64,000 bases of DNA, taken from contig OZ076409.1 in the NCBI GenBank assembly GCA_964187785.1, positions 87,422,001 through 87,486,000 of the forward strand. Reading direction: 5' to 3'. Made by a program: the position numbers and the translations under genes. The notes under the pieces are model-generated. The model searched no databases and was not told the DNA's origin. It saw nothing but the letters and a program-made list of their open reading frames with translations. Origin of the DNA: Amphiscolops sp. MND2022. Taxonomy: Eukaryota. Positions 1-12,588 of this stretch are shown here, one piece after another. The first letter of the stretch is position 1. Every line of letters begins with the position of its first letter.

Positions 1-2280
1 ACTTGCGAAGTTGGAAACCACCTGTAGCAAGATATTCGATGAGAACATCCTGTAATGTTTTGGCTTCCATCTGGGAGGAAGCTCCGGTTAATAGGTCGTC
101 CACATACATGTCGAACTTTAGGGCGAAAGAGGCAGGGTGCTTGGTTGTCTCGGCTAGCTGTAAGAGGGGTCGTATGGCATGAAATCCGGCAGATGTCCAC
201 CATAAGTCTTGCGGGTCGTGCGGTAATGTTTCAACGAAGATGACGGCGAATCCTTCCACAGCAGTCTGTGGAAGTCTTTATCTTTTTTATCGAGGGGTAT
301 TTGGCGGAAATATTTGGCGAGATGGGCTGACAAAGCCACTTTGTGGAATCAGAATCTGATTAAGATGTCAAAAACATCCTTTTGGATTTTTGGACCGAGC
401 ATCAGAGTATCATTGAGTGACACTCCGGATGTTTTTTTCGCCGAAGCGTCGAAAACTACACGAAGCTTTGTTGTGGTGCTTGATTCCTTCAGGACGCAGT
501 GGTGAGGCAGGCAGAAGCTTTTGTTGGATTCGTTGGGGTTTCGGAGTCCGGGATCTTCTCCATGTGTACCAGATCCAGGAACTCTTTGATGAAGGCTGCG
601 TATGTGGCGTAGAGACTTTTACCTCTAATAAATTGGCGGAAAAGTGTGTCTGTCGAGGCGGCGTTTCGCTTGTTGGAAGGAATCACCGAGAGGTGCGGTG
701 TTTTCTTTGAAGGGTATTTTGACTATGAACTGTCCGTCTTGATTACGTTTGGTCGTTCTTTGGAAGTGTTCTTCACAGGCTTGTTCTTCTTTGGTGAAGT
801 GGCGACTATGCGGAAGCTCGTCTATCTCCCGAAATTTCTTCAAGGTATCTTCTGGGATTACCTTCCTTGAGCTGAAGCATGTTGTGAGCGATTGAATCGG
901 CACTGAAGGCGAACCTCCAAAAACAACCCAACCGAACAAAGAATTACGGTGGGTGATGTTGTTGTTTTCCTTGATGGGGGCATCCAACATGATTGTTTCG
1001 TACAGCTCTGCTGCAAGAATGAGGTCAATTCCTGATGGTGCATTGAATGTCGGATCGGCAAGTCTGAGGTTTGGGAGATGCTTCCAAGAAGTTGTTGACG
1101 CTTGACATTACAAAGGCTCGCACTGGCATGGCTGTCTCGTTCTTCGGCGTGAGGAGGAAATCAGTTGTTCCTTGATGATGTAGCTCATCCTTGGCGCCCA
1201 GACCAAATATTCGCAGTTGATGTTTTCGAAGCGGTAGACCTAGTCGCTTGAATAGATTATCAGTGATCAGGTTGCTTTGTGAACCTGAATCTAAAAGTGC
1301 TCGGCAATAGGTGATTTGAATGCCAAGATGGAAATCATTGCTGTTTGCAGGAACATGTTTCCAGTTTTTTGTAGAGAAATTGGGGTGGCGATGATTTGAT
1401 TTTCTTGGGGCGACGGCGTTGTGGCTACAAAATCTTCTTCAGCGGCGATCTTCGGGTTGTTGTCTTCAACTGTGTTGTTGACGGATCTAGTTGGTCGAGA
1501 TGATTACAGTTGAAGAAGTGTATGATGCTTCAAATTCCATTGATGGCAGGTTGTTCCTCTTCAGTGTTGTTGTCGATGACCTGCTTTCAATCAACTGAAG
1601 CAGAGTTTTTTCAACTTGTCAAATTCCGCTCGATTAGGAACAGGGAGATGTTGGAACGTCGGGCAGCGATATAGCTTGTGAGTGCCATTGCAACACTCGC
1701 ATTTGACTTTGTAGCTGCGTTGTGATGATTGTGAAGGCTGACTGTTCTGACGAGTTGTAAAGCAGGGTTGTGTTGGAGTTGAAGTTGGCGGTGTTGAGAT
1801 AGTAGCTGCTTCCAATGCCTGGCATCTGGCATCAAGAAATTTCTTGAGATCGTGGTAGGTCTGAGGTTCTGTTCCAGGAGTTGAATGTTCATGCATGAGA
1901 TATACCAGAAAAACGTCTCGTTGATTGACTGGTTGCCCCATATTTTCCAGGGCTAGGCGGTGTTCTTCTACTGTTTCCAAAAGGCGTCGAAGATCTTTGG
2001 CTGTTTACTGGGTGAGTGGCTTTCGGACAGCAATTGCGTTCACATGAGCACGCCATATCACGCGGTTGTTTTTTGGTAGCGATGTCGTAACATATTTAGA
2101 GCGACTGTGTAGTTAGCATCAGTAATTGTTACGGATGATAAAGTTTTCCCTGCGTCGCCCTTCAAAAACGCTTTGAGACATCGCAGTTTCTGGCAGTCGA
2201 AAAGTGTCGTGATGTTGTGAACTGCTCCTTTCAGGAGGTCCAAAAAAATGTCCGGCTGAGGTAAACTCCAGAGAATGTCG
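1..2280 (-). mobile_element. Decayed BEL/Pao LTR retrotransposon (gag-protease-RT fragments), truncated by the window start
   Basis: Minus-strand fragments in BEL/Pao order: DUF1759-like gag (LKAFLKGDAGKTLSSVTITDANYTVALNMLRHRY, 2058-2318), Cys/His knuckle CECCNGTHKLYRC (~1660-1700), protease CRALLDSGSQSNLI (~1265-1306), SLFGWVVFG, CEEHFQRTTKRNQDGQFIVKIPFK, and RT-like VVFDASAK...SLNDTLMLGP...FRQI...HRLLW...TYG (150-480). Many stops and frameshifts. Confidence 0.85.
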
Positions 2281-3123
2281 TTAGGTCCTGTTTGGGTAGT
2301 TTTGTTGTTGTTGACCACTTTTTTTGTTCATTTGATGAGCATGTGAAAATGCTGTTACAAAGGGGTCCTTGAGTTTATCGACACAAAATTGAAATGTTTC
2401 GACTTTTTGGCTGTTCTCGAGGTTAGCGGTTACGTTTGGCTTGACGCTACGCTCCAGCTCTAACACAAGCTTTATTATTGACAAACAGAGATTTTGTTTG
2501 GAATTTTCCTTTGTTCAACAGGCAGGGCTTGAAGCTGTTTGTCTTTATACATTTAAAGATCTGGCTGATTGCATCGCAGTTCGACTGCTTCTTTTTAAGC
2601 AAGCAAACTGATGAGTGCGGCCGAAACATTGGAACATAATTGGCCAGCAGCTTTTCATTGACGAATTTTTTTCTCGTGTGACAATCTCGCTGCTTTATAA
2701 ACCAGTGAACCCATGTTTCTCCAAATCTATGATAGATAAATTCGCGTTATTTTTCTTGATTAGGGATTTCATTTTAAACTACGAAAAACCGCTTTTCATT
2801 TATTTCTTTTCCTTCTCAAAGCGGAAAAAATCTGCTTAGCTAAATTACATTAGCTGGAGTAGTAAAAGCGGAGTAATTACATTAATTCTTCAAAGATCAA
2901 TTGATCTAATAATGGAGTTCTTCAACTTTTAATTGGATTCAAATTCACTAATTAACCTACCCATTTTATTCAACTGAGTTTCTAAATACGATAACCATGT
3001 CCAAGACCGCAAGACGATATTTTTCGACCTTGGCAAAGCATCTGAGGATTTATATTGTTAGATTGCTTAAAAATTTGTTTTTGTCTTAATTTTGATGAAA
3101 TGATTCCGATTCCCTTGTTGAAA

Positions 3124-4010
3124 CCCTAGTTGAAAAAATACAAATCTTGCAAGAATATTGCAAGATCTTGACAAAAAATACAAATCTTGCAAGATTCTGT
3201 CAGAAAATACATTTCTTGCAAAAACCTGAGGGAAAAAATATTTCTTTCAAGAATCTTGCAAGATTTTAGCAAGAAATACATCGAACCAAAATTTCGATGA
3301 AAAATTCGAAGTTGCGAATAGGGCGCGGCCATTTTGAATTTGAGCAGGGAAAAACTAGTTGTTTGTATTTCCTATCACATTTAAGTGTATTTTGTATCAA
3401 TTATGCCCCATGAGCATTACGTTATGGTCAGAATAATTGTTCCGGTACTATTCCCATAGTCGAGACTATCTCAATAGTACCGGATATAATGATAGAAAAA
3501 GGGCTTTTCCCGGAGAGGGGGAAAAAGATCTAACGGAATAAGATCTAAACCAATGAAATGTCCCCTTTCGAGGTCCTTTTTTTCTTTGTAGCCCTGCCAG
3601 TGTCAACTTTATCAGTTGGCCAGCCAAGACTATAAAAACGACGGATATTTTCGAGGTCCTGATCTGATTTCTGATGGACTTCGAGAGACATCCATCATGG
3701 TTTTTGTGCTAATTCATCTGATGTATTATTGTGAATGGGGCTTTTTTGTCCACCTGCTCGTTTATACGAGGCTGAAGCATGCTACGAGGACTTTTTGGAA
3801 CATGCTGAACACAATTTAGAAATGGCATATCTTGCAAGACTCTTGCAAGCTAAAGTTTCATCTTGCAAGAATCTCGCAAGATGAGGTATATTTTGCAAGA
3901 ATCTTGCAAGATGAGGTATATCTTGCAAGAATCTTGCAAGAAACCTGCCAGAAAAATGCATTGTCTTGCAAGATCTTGCAAGACATCTTGCAAGATTTTT
4001 TTTACTGAGG
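3124..4010. mobile_element. MITE-like element with subterminal arrays of the palindromic motif TCTTGCAAGA
   Basis: Clusters of (A)TCTTGCAAGA(T) at 3143-3275 and 3829-3995. Imperfect inverted ends CCCTAGTTGAAAAAA / TTTTTTTTACTGAGG. No coding capacity. Confidence 0.6.
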
Positions 4011-5229
4011 AAGTTAAACTTTCAATGGACTTTTTCACGTTAAACTGGAAAATTGTTTTTGTTATTGTTCAAAATTTGACGGCAAACGTTACAGCGAAAC
4101 TGAACAAGTGTTTTATGGATTCGAAACCATCAATTAGGGAAACCTTTAACAAGTCAGAATTATAGATTATATCGATTAAGAAAAATAATGAATGAAGCAT
4201 TCTTGAAAATGACAGAATACTCGGAAACATGGAAAGTTTACCAGGGAAACCTTCAAAAAAGAAAAGAAAGATCCAGTATGCTGTTTTTTCGAGAAAAAAT
4301 CTTTCGGTAACCCACATCCTAATGATTTCATATGTTCCAATTATTGTATTTTGATTGGTATCGGGTTGTTATCATCTGCCCCGTCGAAATATGCACTCTG
4401 ATCTTGTTTTTGTAATTTATGGATTTCTGAATGCCGAAGAACCAGGAACATCGATTTCTCAAATCTGTTTTTCGAGGCTACTTGAACATTGGACTTCGGA
4501 ACTTAATGTGCATAACAAATAGCAAGTAAAGACAGGAAAATACAATGCAGGACGTCTGTTCTGCTCCTGCTTTGAGTCAAACGTTTTTAGCGTCTATAGC
4601 CCGTTTCACTTAGTCTAAATTCAAGAAATGGCTCCGGAAACATTTCAGTTCTAGAGCTTACTTTGATATTCAGTTCAATGTCTGAATTGTCAGGATCGAA
4701 TAACTTTACCTCTTCGATTCAGTTTAGTTGTAGAGAACCTCACCGTTTCCACCTCGGATTTGTTCCGGTTGGGTCGCGCCATGAGTATCTGTAGTAGTTG
4801 GTTCATTGGGTCTTCGGGTAACTGTTCCCTGTAATCGATAACTGGTTATTCATTTCATCGTATTTTTTTGGTTTTGCACCACGGCTTCTGTCGCGAAACA
4901 ATGAGGGTCGGCCGTGGCTGAAACAACTTCGTCTGTTCGTAACAGAGATAGTCGTGGGGTCCACCACCGCTTCCCCAATGAGTGTTGGGCTGCTCATCGC
5001 TTCGCCCGGTTGTTGAGTGGTCTTCGTGCGGTCTCGACTTTCGGTGAAATCTAGTCCTCGGGCGCCAGTTTTACGCAAGTTTGGCTGCTGTACAAACGAA
5101 TTAGTTGGTTGACTGATTAGTTTCCTATGAATTACTCAAAGATTAGCTGCTCACACAGAATCATTCGTTTCGCTGATGGCTATTTGGCGTTTCTTTTCGT
5201 AAGGGCTGTTGAAGTTATCCTTGGGTGTT

Positions 5230-5619
5230 TGGGGAGCATGGCGTAGTGGTTAGAGCATTCGGCCTGTACTGGGGCGGTATCAGGTTCGAATTTCTCTCAA
5301 CTCACCATTGTTGGTCCTTAAGCAAGTCCTTCATCCCTAGCTTAGTGGTATGGTCAATGACAAAAAATTACACATTTGGCGGAGAAAAGCAAAACAAAAA
5401 GAGCAACGGTGAGCAGTCAGACATTTGTGACCTTGAGCAAGTCACTTTGAAACCACATTTCAAGTCCACCATTACTTGACCACTTGGCTGCAAATATGGT
5501 ACCATAGCTTGCTATGAGGAGATAGTATCCGAAAGGGCGCCGACTTAGAAAAGCAGAACTGCTTATTCGGCGTCCACCCCGCGGTAATGGGGAAATTAAC
5601 TTCTCTCTCTTTCTCTCTC
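5230..5619 (+). mobile_element. tRNA-derived SINE with CORE-like central segment
   Basis: tRNA-like head GGGGAGCATGGCGTAGTGGTTAGAGC...GGTTCGAAT...CACCA (Pol III A and B boxes). TGTGACCTTGAGCAAGTCACTT (5427-5448) resembles the CORE-SINE motif. (CT)n tail near 5601-5619. A related body fragment lies at ~28797-28870. Confidence 0.65.
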
Positions 5620-6103
5620 ATTCAAGGAACGCATCTGATATTCTCCTAACACTCCTTTGAGTCTTTGCATTTTACTTCCATTGAAACTTGTAACTACTTG
5701 TAACTACACTGGGTTTGTTGAAAAAGAACTACCTTTATTAGATTCCAGGAACTCCCGGTTTATCAGGTTACTAATTTGTTCGGTTTTCGTCCGTATTGCG
5801 TTTCGAAAGCGCTTTTTCAAATGAGAGAAGGGGGATTTTCCGGATGACGTCCATTACCATAAGAGGGTTTCATTGATTCGTCAGCTTTGAAGTTAGTTAA
5901 TAGGCTTTTCGCCAAAGTTCTGACCCATCTTTCCACGAGGCTTGTTGGAGTGTGTATGGACGGTACAGTAGGTCTACAAATAATTGTTTTTGCGGAAAAA
6001 AATGAAGCTACACTATGGTATCAAAAAGCTACGTACACCAACATTTTTTAAAAAAAAACTCAGAACAGTAAAATTTGAAACAACTGTTGAAACAAATAAT
6101 AAA

Positions 6104-7606
6104 TCAATATCCCGTCAAACTACCATGGTTTTTGATTACCTTCACCAGACGATTCTCATACGATGAGTACAAGTTGCGAACAACATCAGGGTTTATGTTG
6201 TTCCACACTTCCATAACCTTTTCTTCTAAATTCTCCCAGGTAACAATCTGACCTCGCAAGCTTTTTTTAAAAATGGCCCAAATATTTTCAATAGGATTCA
6301 GGTCAGGACTGTAAGCTGGCCAATCCAGCACCTCCCATTGCTCTTGGGCCAGAAAATTGCGAACAACTTCACTTTTGTGTACTGGGGCGTTGTCTTGCTG
6401 GAAAACCAAATTCAGTATATTCAAATGTCGATCGTATTGCTTTAAAATCTCCAAATATCCGTAACTGTTGAGTGTTGCGGGACATTTAATTAGCATTTTC
6501 CTACCATCTGATCTGATGGCCCCCCAAAACATCATAGATCTTTTGTCTGTGCGTATTCCCTGTGTGTTTTTCGGGCAAAAGCGACGACCAGTTTTCCTGA
6601 ACACCCGCACAACGCCATCACTATTCAAGCGCACACGGGTTTCGTCTGAGAATACGACGTTTTCCCAGAAGCCTAGTTTCCATCCAGCCGAATTTCAGAA
6701 CAAAAATGCAAAAGTTCGAGTGAAACAAAAACAACCTTCTTCAAGCTTACAATAACACCCAAATCTGGCCAGCGAATATGCATCTAAGGTAGTGCAGAAG
6801 GTCCCCCTCTCATTTTCTCTTTTTTAACGTAACATACGAAACCGAACGAGACTAAAGGGTCCCCTTTCAAACTTTATGATATTTTGGTGTTTTGAGGTTT
6901 TTTGTCTTTTCATAAAAGTTCTGAGCAGAGTTTCTACACTTTGCGCTTTTTGAGCCTTAGGTTTAGCGCCGACTTTAGATGTTCTCGTCTTGTATCATTG
7001 ACAGCACCATCAAAAGCGCTATTAGTTCACTCTACCAAAGTGATTGATTTGATAAAATTTTTTATTTCGTTTTGGTTTTTTCGGCACTTTGAGATTTTTC
7101 TCAAATATTTTTTCTTTCAAAAAATTCCATAACTTTTTCCCATTTTCGGTGAAAATTGACGCTGGATAAAAACCAAGGGGCTTTTTCAACATTCTCGAGC
7201 ACCAGCGTTTTCTGACCAGCCTTTGTTTTTTGTTCAAGTTAAACTTTTTTGCGGCTTTTCTAGAAACAATTCCGTACTTCTTCAGGATTCTTCGAATAGT
7301 GCATTTAGAAACTGTCTTTGACGTTGAAAAAGAGTTTTGCAGTACTCTTACTCGTTCTAATGTTGTTTTTGGGTCTTTTTCCACTCTTCGAACTATTAGT
7401 CTTTGCTCTTTTTCGCTGAGCTTTTCTGGCCGGCCTGGAGGTTTTTTCGCCACATAAGAGTTCGTTCTCAAAAAACGCTGATAAGCTGTTTGAGCTGTCG
7501 ATCGAGATTTGAGACCCAACTTTTCTTTAATTTCTTTGTATGATAAACCCATTTCGCGAAGTGTAACGATTTTGCAAACAACGTATGAATCCAAAGGTTT
7601 GACCAT
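6104..7606 (-). CDS. Tc1 transposase in two segments (7606-7174 and 6672-6104); 333 aa if the intervening GT..AG insert is spliced
   Basis: N-half has paired-like HTH and GRPEKLS...VSKCTIRRILK. C-half has FWENVVFSDE, MMFWGAI, FQQDNAPVH, WPAYSPDLNPIENIW, with 34 residues between D and E. Joining 433+569 nt gives an open frame ...KKPLG/FWENVVFSDE. Confidence 0.85.
6676..7173. mobile_element. Small TIR element nested in the Tc1 transposase (introner-like), itself containing a Helentron-like repeat fragment
   Basis: 13-bp TIRs GTTTCCATCCAGC (6676-6688) / GCTGGATAAAAAC (7161-7173). Flanking 3-mers CTA (6673-6675) and CAA (7174-7176) form an imperfect TSD. Segment ~6795-6994 matches the 3' end of the repeat family at 12054 and 29559. 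Confidence 0.65.
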
Positions 7607-7997
7607 TTTCAACAATGTTTAATTCAAGAGTGATTGATTTCACTTCCGGTTGAGAATGAAAAAAGTTCTTCACAAACTGAATAAGATTTAATTTTCAGCT
7701 GTACGTCGCTTTTTGCTACCATAGAGTATTTGCAGTGAAAGCCGTACCTTTGCGGTTCCTCTAGCTTCTGGTATGCCGTTCAATTTTATATACTGGTCGA
7801 GAGTGTTAGCAGCCGTACTACCATCGTTGAGGAGAACGTGCCGCCGGCAGTTCACTAAATCGGTCTATGGACAATGAAAGAGAAAAGCGATTGTTCCGAT
7901 GTATGATTGGGTCGATGAAATCCATTTTATTTAGCATTTCAGGTGCTTTTTCGAACTCACGGATCTCAAAACGTCATAACAAAGCTCTCTATTGCTT

Positions 7998-9470
7998 CCC
8001 AGGTTGACCCAACATACTCACCATACTATGATCATACTAAAATCATACTATGATCATGGTCATTCCATGATCATGATCATGCCAAGACCTTACCACAGTG
8101 ACCATGTTCCATAGTATGATCATACTATGATCCATCATGTTTCATAGTATGAACATAATATGGAAATCATGTTTTGGAGAAAAATGTCGGACATGACAAC
8201 CACCTGTAAACAAAGTTTACAGAAATAGGTTGCCGAGGTCCTTATTCTGTATTTTTAAGGAGGCACTCAGCTCGTGAGATACAGCGTATCACACTTGCCG
8301 AGACCCACGACGAGAACGTGGCCAGAACTCGAATACTTTTTTCTCCAGAACTCGAATACTGACAAAAACGACTGACAGATTTTACCTTTTTCTTCGAAAA
8401 GTATTTACCAGGGGAAAAGAATTTCTACCGTTTCTGTACAGATTCTGTAAAAAAATTATAGATCACAGAATATAGATGGCAGAGACTGAAAACTGAAACT
8501 TTTGACAAAAATCTTGCATGAAGGTGTGAAATCTTCGGTAATAATCTTGGCAAGATTATTTCTAAGAACGCCAAGAGTGTATATGATGTTGCAAATTTTG
8601 CAAATATCTCCAAGAAAACGTTTTTCAGGCTATATAATGCTCGAAAGGATTTTTAGTGCAAAAAATCTCGGGGAAATTCAAGAATTAGCATGACTGAGCT
8701 GAGCATGACTGAGCATGACTTGGCTTTAGACGTTATTCCTTAGACGTTATTCCTGCTCCCCTGAATTTTGGGCAAAATAGCTGCTAAATTAAGGAAATCA
8801 GCTATTGAAATAGGAATCAGATCTAAAAGCTGAGTCAATTTGATCTAAAAACGAAAACTTTAAGACAACGAAACTAAGTTATGCATAATTTCGCCTCTAT
8901 TGAGAATAATAGCTAAAATTTTGGCAAAATAGCTGCAAAATTATGGAAATCAGCAACTAAAATAGAAATCAGATCTAGAACCTGGATAAATTTGATCTAA
9001 AATCATGGAAAACCCTGGGAAGAGTGAACAGTATACAAATTATGCATAATTTAGTCTCTGTATTGATATACATATCTAAAATATGCGCTTTTTCCATCTT
9101 GAAATCCTGAAATTTTTCCCCAAAAAATCTTACCCTATCACAGCGGCTTCAGGAAACGCGGTGCCGAAAAGCGTCCTTAATGCTACCCGGGTCATTAAGG
9201 CAACCCATATAACAGAACAGAAACAACGGGCTTAAAGAGAACATTGGCTAAATGATTCATGGATGCGCGCCGATTTCCAATAATAACCGCTAGGTGATAA
9301 TCGAATTTTTCGAAAATTTCGAACACGTTCAATCATACTATGATCATAGTCACCGACATGCTATTCATAATATGATCATACTATGATCATAGTATGACAA
9401 TCATTTTCCATCATGACCATACTATGACATGGTATGATTCATCATGTCCGATTATGTTGGTCAACCTGGG
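7998..9470. mobile_element. Non-autonomous TIR element with CCC termini and ATCATACTATGAT subterminal arrays (CACTA/EnSpm-like)
   Basis: TIRs CCCAGGTTGACC(C)AACATA at 7998 and TATGTTGGTCAACCTGGG ending at 9470, with TT on both sides (2-bp TSD). Arrays of ATCATACTATGATCAT at 8020-8170 and 9330-9445. Internal ~150-bp tandem duplication at ~8765-9060. Confidence 0.8.
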
Positions 9471-12053
9471 TTGAGCTTTGGGATGTTTATGTATCTAAAC
9501 TGGATCTAAACTTTCCTTTTATATATTTATGTCGAGCAGATTTTATATGAAACTATTATTCCAAACCACAGCACAATTTTGATTTTCAACTTTTTTAAGG
9601 ATTAGTTTTGCGTGGGTGTAGCAAATCCAAACCTGAAGAGTGATTTAGTTTTGTGCCATAGTGGAACATTGAAGTTAAGTGTAGCTAGCTATCCAATGAA
9701 ACTTTGTTTAGTGCAAAGAATTAAAACCGATCGAACTTAACTTTACCCTAATTAGCATCGTGGTACGTATTTACACCACTTAAAACCTCGAAACTTCTAA
9801 AGGCACCAGCTGACCGTATGGTAACGAAAACTTTTGAATAAGATTTTCAGACAATATTACATAGCATTGTCACGGATTGATGACTGCAAGTCTCCAAAAT
9901 CTAAAAAACGGGACTAAAAAATCAAGAAAATGGAGGGCAAAATTTCCGTTTTTCCTGTTTCCTTGTGTGGCCTCTTTATCCCATTGGGGACAAGATTGGT
10001 TCAAAGAGACTCCAGCATGCTTTGAAACCTGCTGAAATGCAGTCGCAGCCACAATTTGTGCAAAGTTTTGGCGCAAAGTCCGGAGCCAGTACGGCGGAGG
10101 ACGCCAGCGAAGGATTTCGCGCAAAAAAACTAGCCTCCCCCAGCAGTTCAAAAATCAAATTGAAAGGCTTGATTGTCTTCTGTCGAACGCGCTAACATTA
10201 TTTGTCGGACTTGAATACTTTGGGAGATATTGCGGTTTAAAGTTTAAACACCAGATTTTTAGATGGGTCCCGAAAATTCAACCTCCATTCACAGCGGCAG
10301 GTGCAAAAATGACAACAAAAGAGTCTAATTAATTACTGTTTGTTACGTAAGTTTTAACTAGAGATAGTTGTCAGTCACTGAATTGTCAGGTTCCACTTCA
10401 ATTAAACGGGATTTATGAATATTCTAAAATTGTTTTTTTTCTAACATCAGTTTTTTTCGTAACAATTCTTTCAAATTTAACAAAACCTTACTTATTCAAA
10501 ATGTTCTTTTTTGTCAACCATGGAACCTTCACGATAGGGCGTTCAAACAAAATCAAAATATCTAAAATGCGGCGGACATCACATGTTTGTGAAGGAGTGA
10601 AACACTAGAGATACTGAAACAGTGGTCATCGATTCAAGAGACAAGAGTTTCGCTGAATTTCTTTGACAAGTGTTGTAACAAAAGTTCTCAGAAGTAACTA
10701 AGCTCGAAGTGACCACATAAAAAGCTGAATAGCTTGCTTGATGCTTTTTTTAGGTATTCAAGGCGGCAAATATCCAAGTGTTGAAGATTTGCTTTCATTT
10801 ATGTGGTTCAATCATTTCAGTTCTGTAGCCCTGTTTTTTGAAATTCATTTTTAGCTGAAAACTTTTATCTCAATTTATTCTAGGTTTTGATTTTTTTAAA
10901 AAAAACTTCTTTAGAATGACCATACCAAAGTAACACACAACTGTAAAGCCCTGCAAGCCATTGTAAATGTTTGAGGGACAGATAGGAATTGTAAAACCAA
11001 AATGAAACTCATTCAAATATCATCGAAGTTCAAAAGACTACAAGTCCTCTTAATTTTCGTAATGTTTCAATGGCAAAGGAATATTGTTTTTATTGAGAGG
11101 CGCTTTCAAAATCATGGTTTTTTTCTGGTGGCTTAAGGAAATTCACGTTTGGATGTTTGTTTCATCTGTTGACTAAAACCTTAGAATGCCTAGATTCGTT
11201 GACGACAAGGCATGAGTTTTTTCAACTGCATTCCTTCCATGAACGTATCTCCACATTAGGTTGAAAAGCAGGCAGGCTGCAAATACTTCCATCTATGATT
11301 ATTTGAACATATCTGGAGCGAATCAATTGTTTTTTTTGTACGGACGGACTAAAGTATCTTTGCGTCCAAATTTTGTCAAAACTGGAAGAGAAGTAAAATT
11401 TGTAAAAATAATTATAATGAACAAGGATTTCTTGTCTATTGGGGACACGTCTATTATTATTCGTCTAACAGTCCGACATTTGATGTCCTTTTGAGCTTTA
11501 CCACTCTGCGTTTTTCTTCGTTTATGTAAAAAATCAACGCTGAGTCTTTTTTCTGTCATTCTTGAGCTATTTGAGTTTCGAATGGGAGCTGAACGTAAAC
11601 GTTACTTGTTTTCTCTATAAACATCCATGTCAGCCGAAACTTCACTTGATAGTTTCCACCACTAGAACGTCCAGTTGATGCTCGGAGAGGTGAAAAAAAT
11701 GTTCTGAAATGTACTTCTTTTAGTAATGTGATAGAATTGGAACACGGCAAATATTTGAAAAACTTTAATGGTATCTGCACTTCAACTTATCTAGTTGTGA
11801 ACAAGTAAACGCTCGAAAAAGCTGTCGCATTTCTGAATGGTTGTGGAAGCACGTTATTTCACAACAAAAATGATATTGAAAGTTTGGCAACGTTTTTTTC
11901 AACTCAGCAAAAAACTCTAAATTTCAACTTTACAATGAAACAGAAGGCGCAGTGACACTGCGATATTTTTCTTATATTCCTACGCGTCTAAGGGAAAATT
12001 GGGCAAACTACAGCTTTAATAGTTTAGTGAAGAAAAAACCAACAGATAAAACT

Positions 12054-12588
12054 AACAAGACGGGATCGTCTCAAGTCGGCGCCATATCTAAGGCTCAAAA
12101 ATATTCAAAGAACAACTATTGGAAACAATTGGAAAAACTATTTTGAAATATTTTTTTTCGAAAAAAAGAATTTTTTTTAGAAAGTCGCACAATGCCGAAA
12201 AACTCGAAAAGAGGCCATTCAGGCTCATTAAACGTTTTTACAAACCGAAAACTTCAAAAAAATGCAATGGATAGATTCCGAAAATTTTCGAAAAAAAGTC
12301 GCATAGTGCCGAAAAAAAAACGAAAAAAAATCAAACGAAACGAAACAAAGCTTTGGTCTCGCATCTACTTTTGGAAGCATAAAAAATTTGTGGTTTAGTG
12401 CGAGAATCGAACCCACGATCCCCTGCTTCTCAGAAAATTAGTTGAACAAATGTGAACAAATGTGAAAAAAGATTGTAAGAAAAGTGGACCACTCAGAGTG
12501 AGATTGTCAACTGAAAAAAAAACAAAAAAAACTACTCACTGTAAGAGTCGGGCTTTTTTCCTTAAGGGAAAAGGCGCCGACTAAAAAA
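12054..12588 (-). mobile_element. Helentron/DINE-1-like non-autonomous repeat, copy A
   Basis: Read on minus: TTTTTTAGTCGGCGCC sub-TIR with adjacent partial inverted repeat, an internal tRNA-like B box (GGTTCGATTC), 3' sub-TIR GGCGCCGACTT, then hairpin AGACG-atcc-CGTCT and TGTT end. Same ends as the copy at 29559-30037. Confidence 0.65.

Larger units (their letters stand above)
6011..7726 (-). mobile_element. Full-length Tc1-family (DD34E) DNA transposon carrying a 501-bp internal insertion
   Basis: TA TSD at 6009-6010 and 7727-7728. ~27-bp TIRs CACTATGGTATCAAAAAGCTACGTACA / TGTACGTCGCTTTTTGCTACCATAGAG. Transposase HTH and DDE halves lie on the minus strand. Confidence 0.93.

Noticed and set aside
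3829..3995. CRISPR-like repeat array and the ORFs 3850-4038 / 3863-4165
   Set aside because: Short palindromic MITE subterminal repeats without unique spacers, in a eukaryote. The ORFs are repeat translations.
4590..5110. GC-richer segment with a 91-aa minus ORF
   Set aside because: Non-ATG start and no domain; probably a repeat fragment, but not classifiable.
5230..5308. tRNA gene
   Set aside because: A and B boxes are present but the acceptor and anticodon stems do not pair well and a SINE body follows. Called as a SINE head instead.
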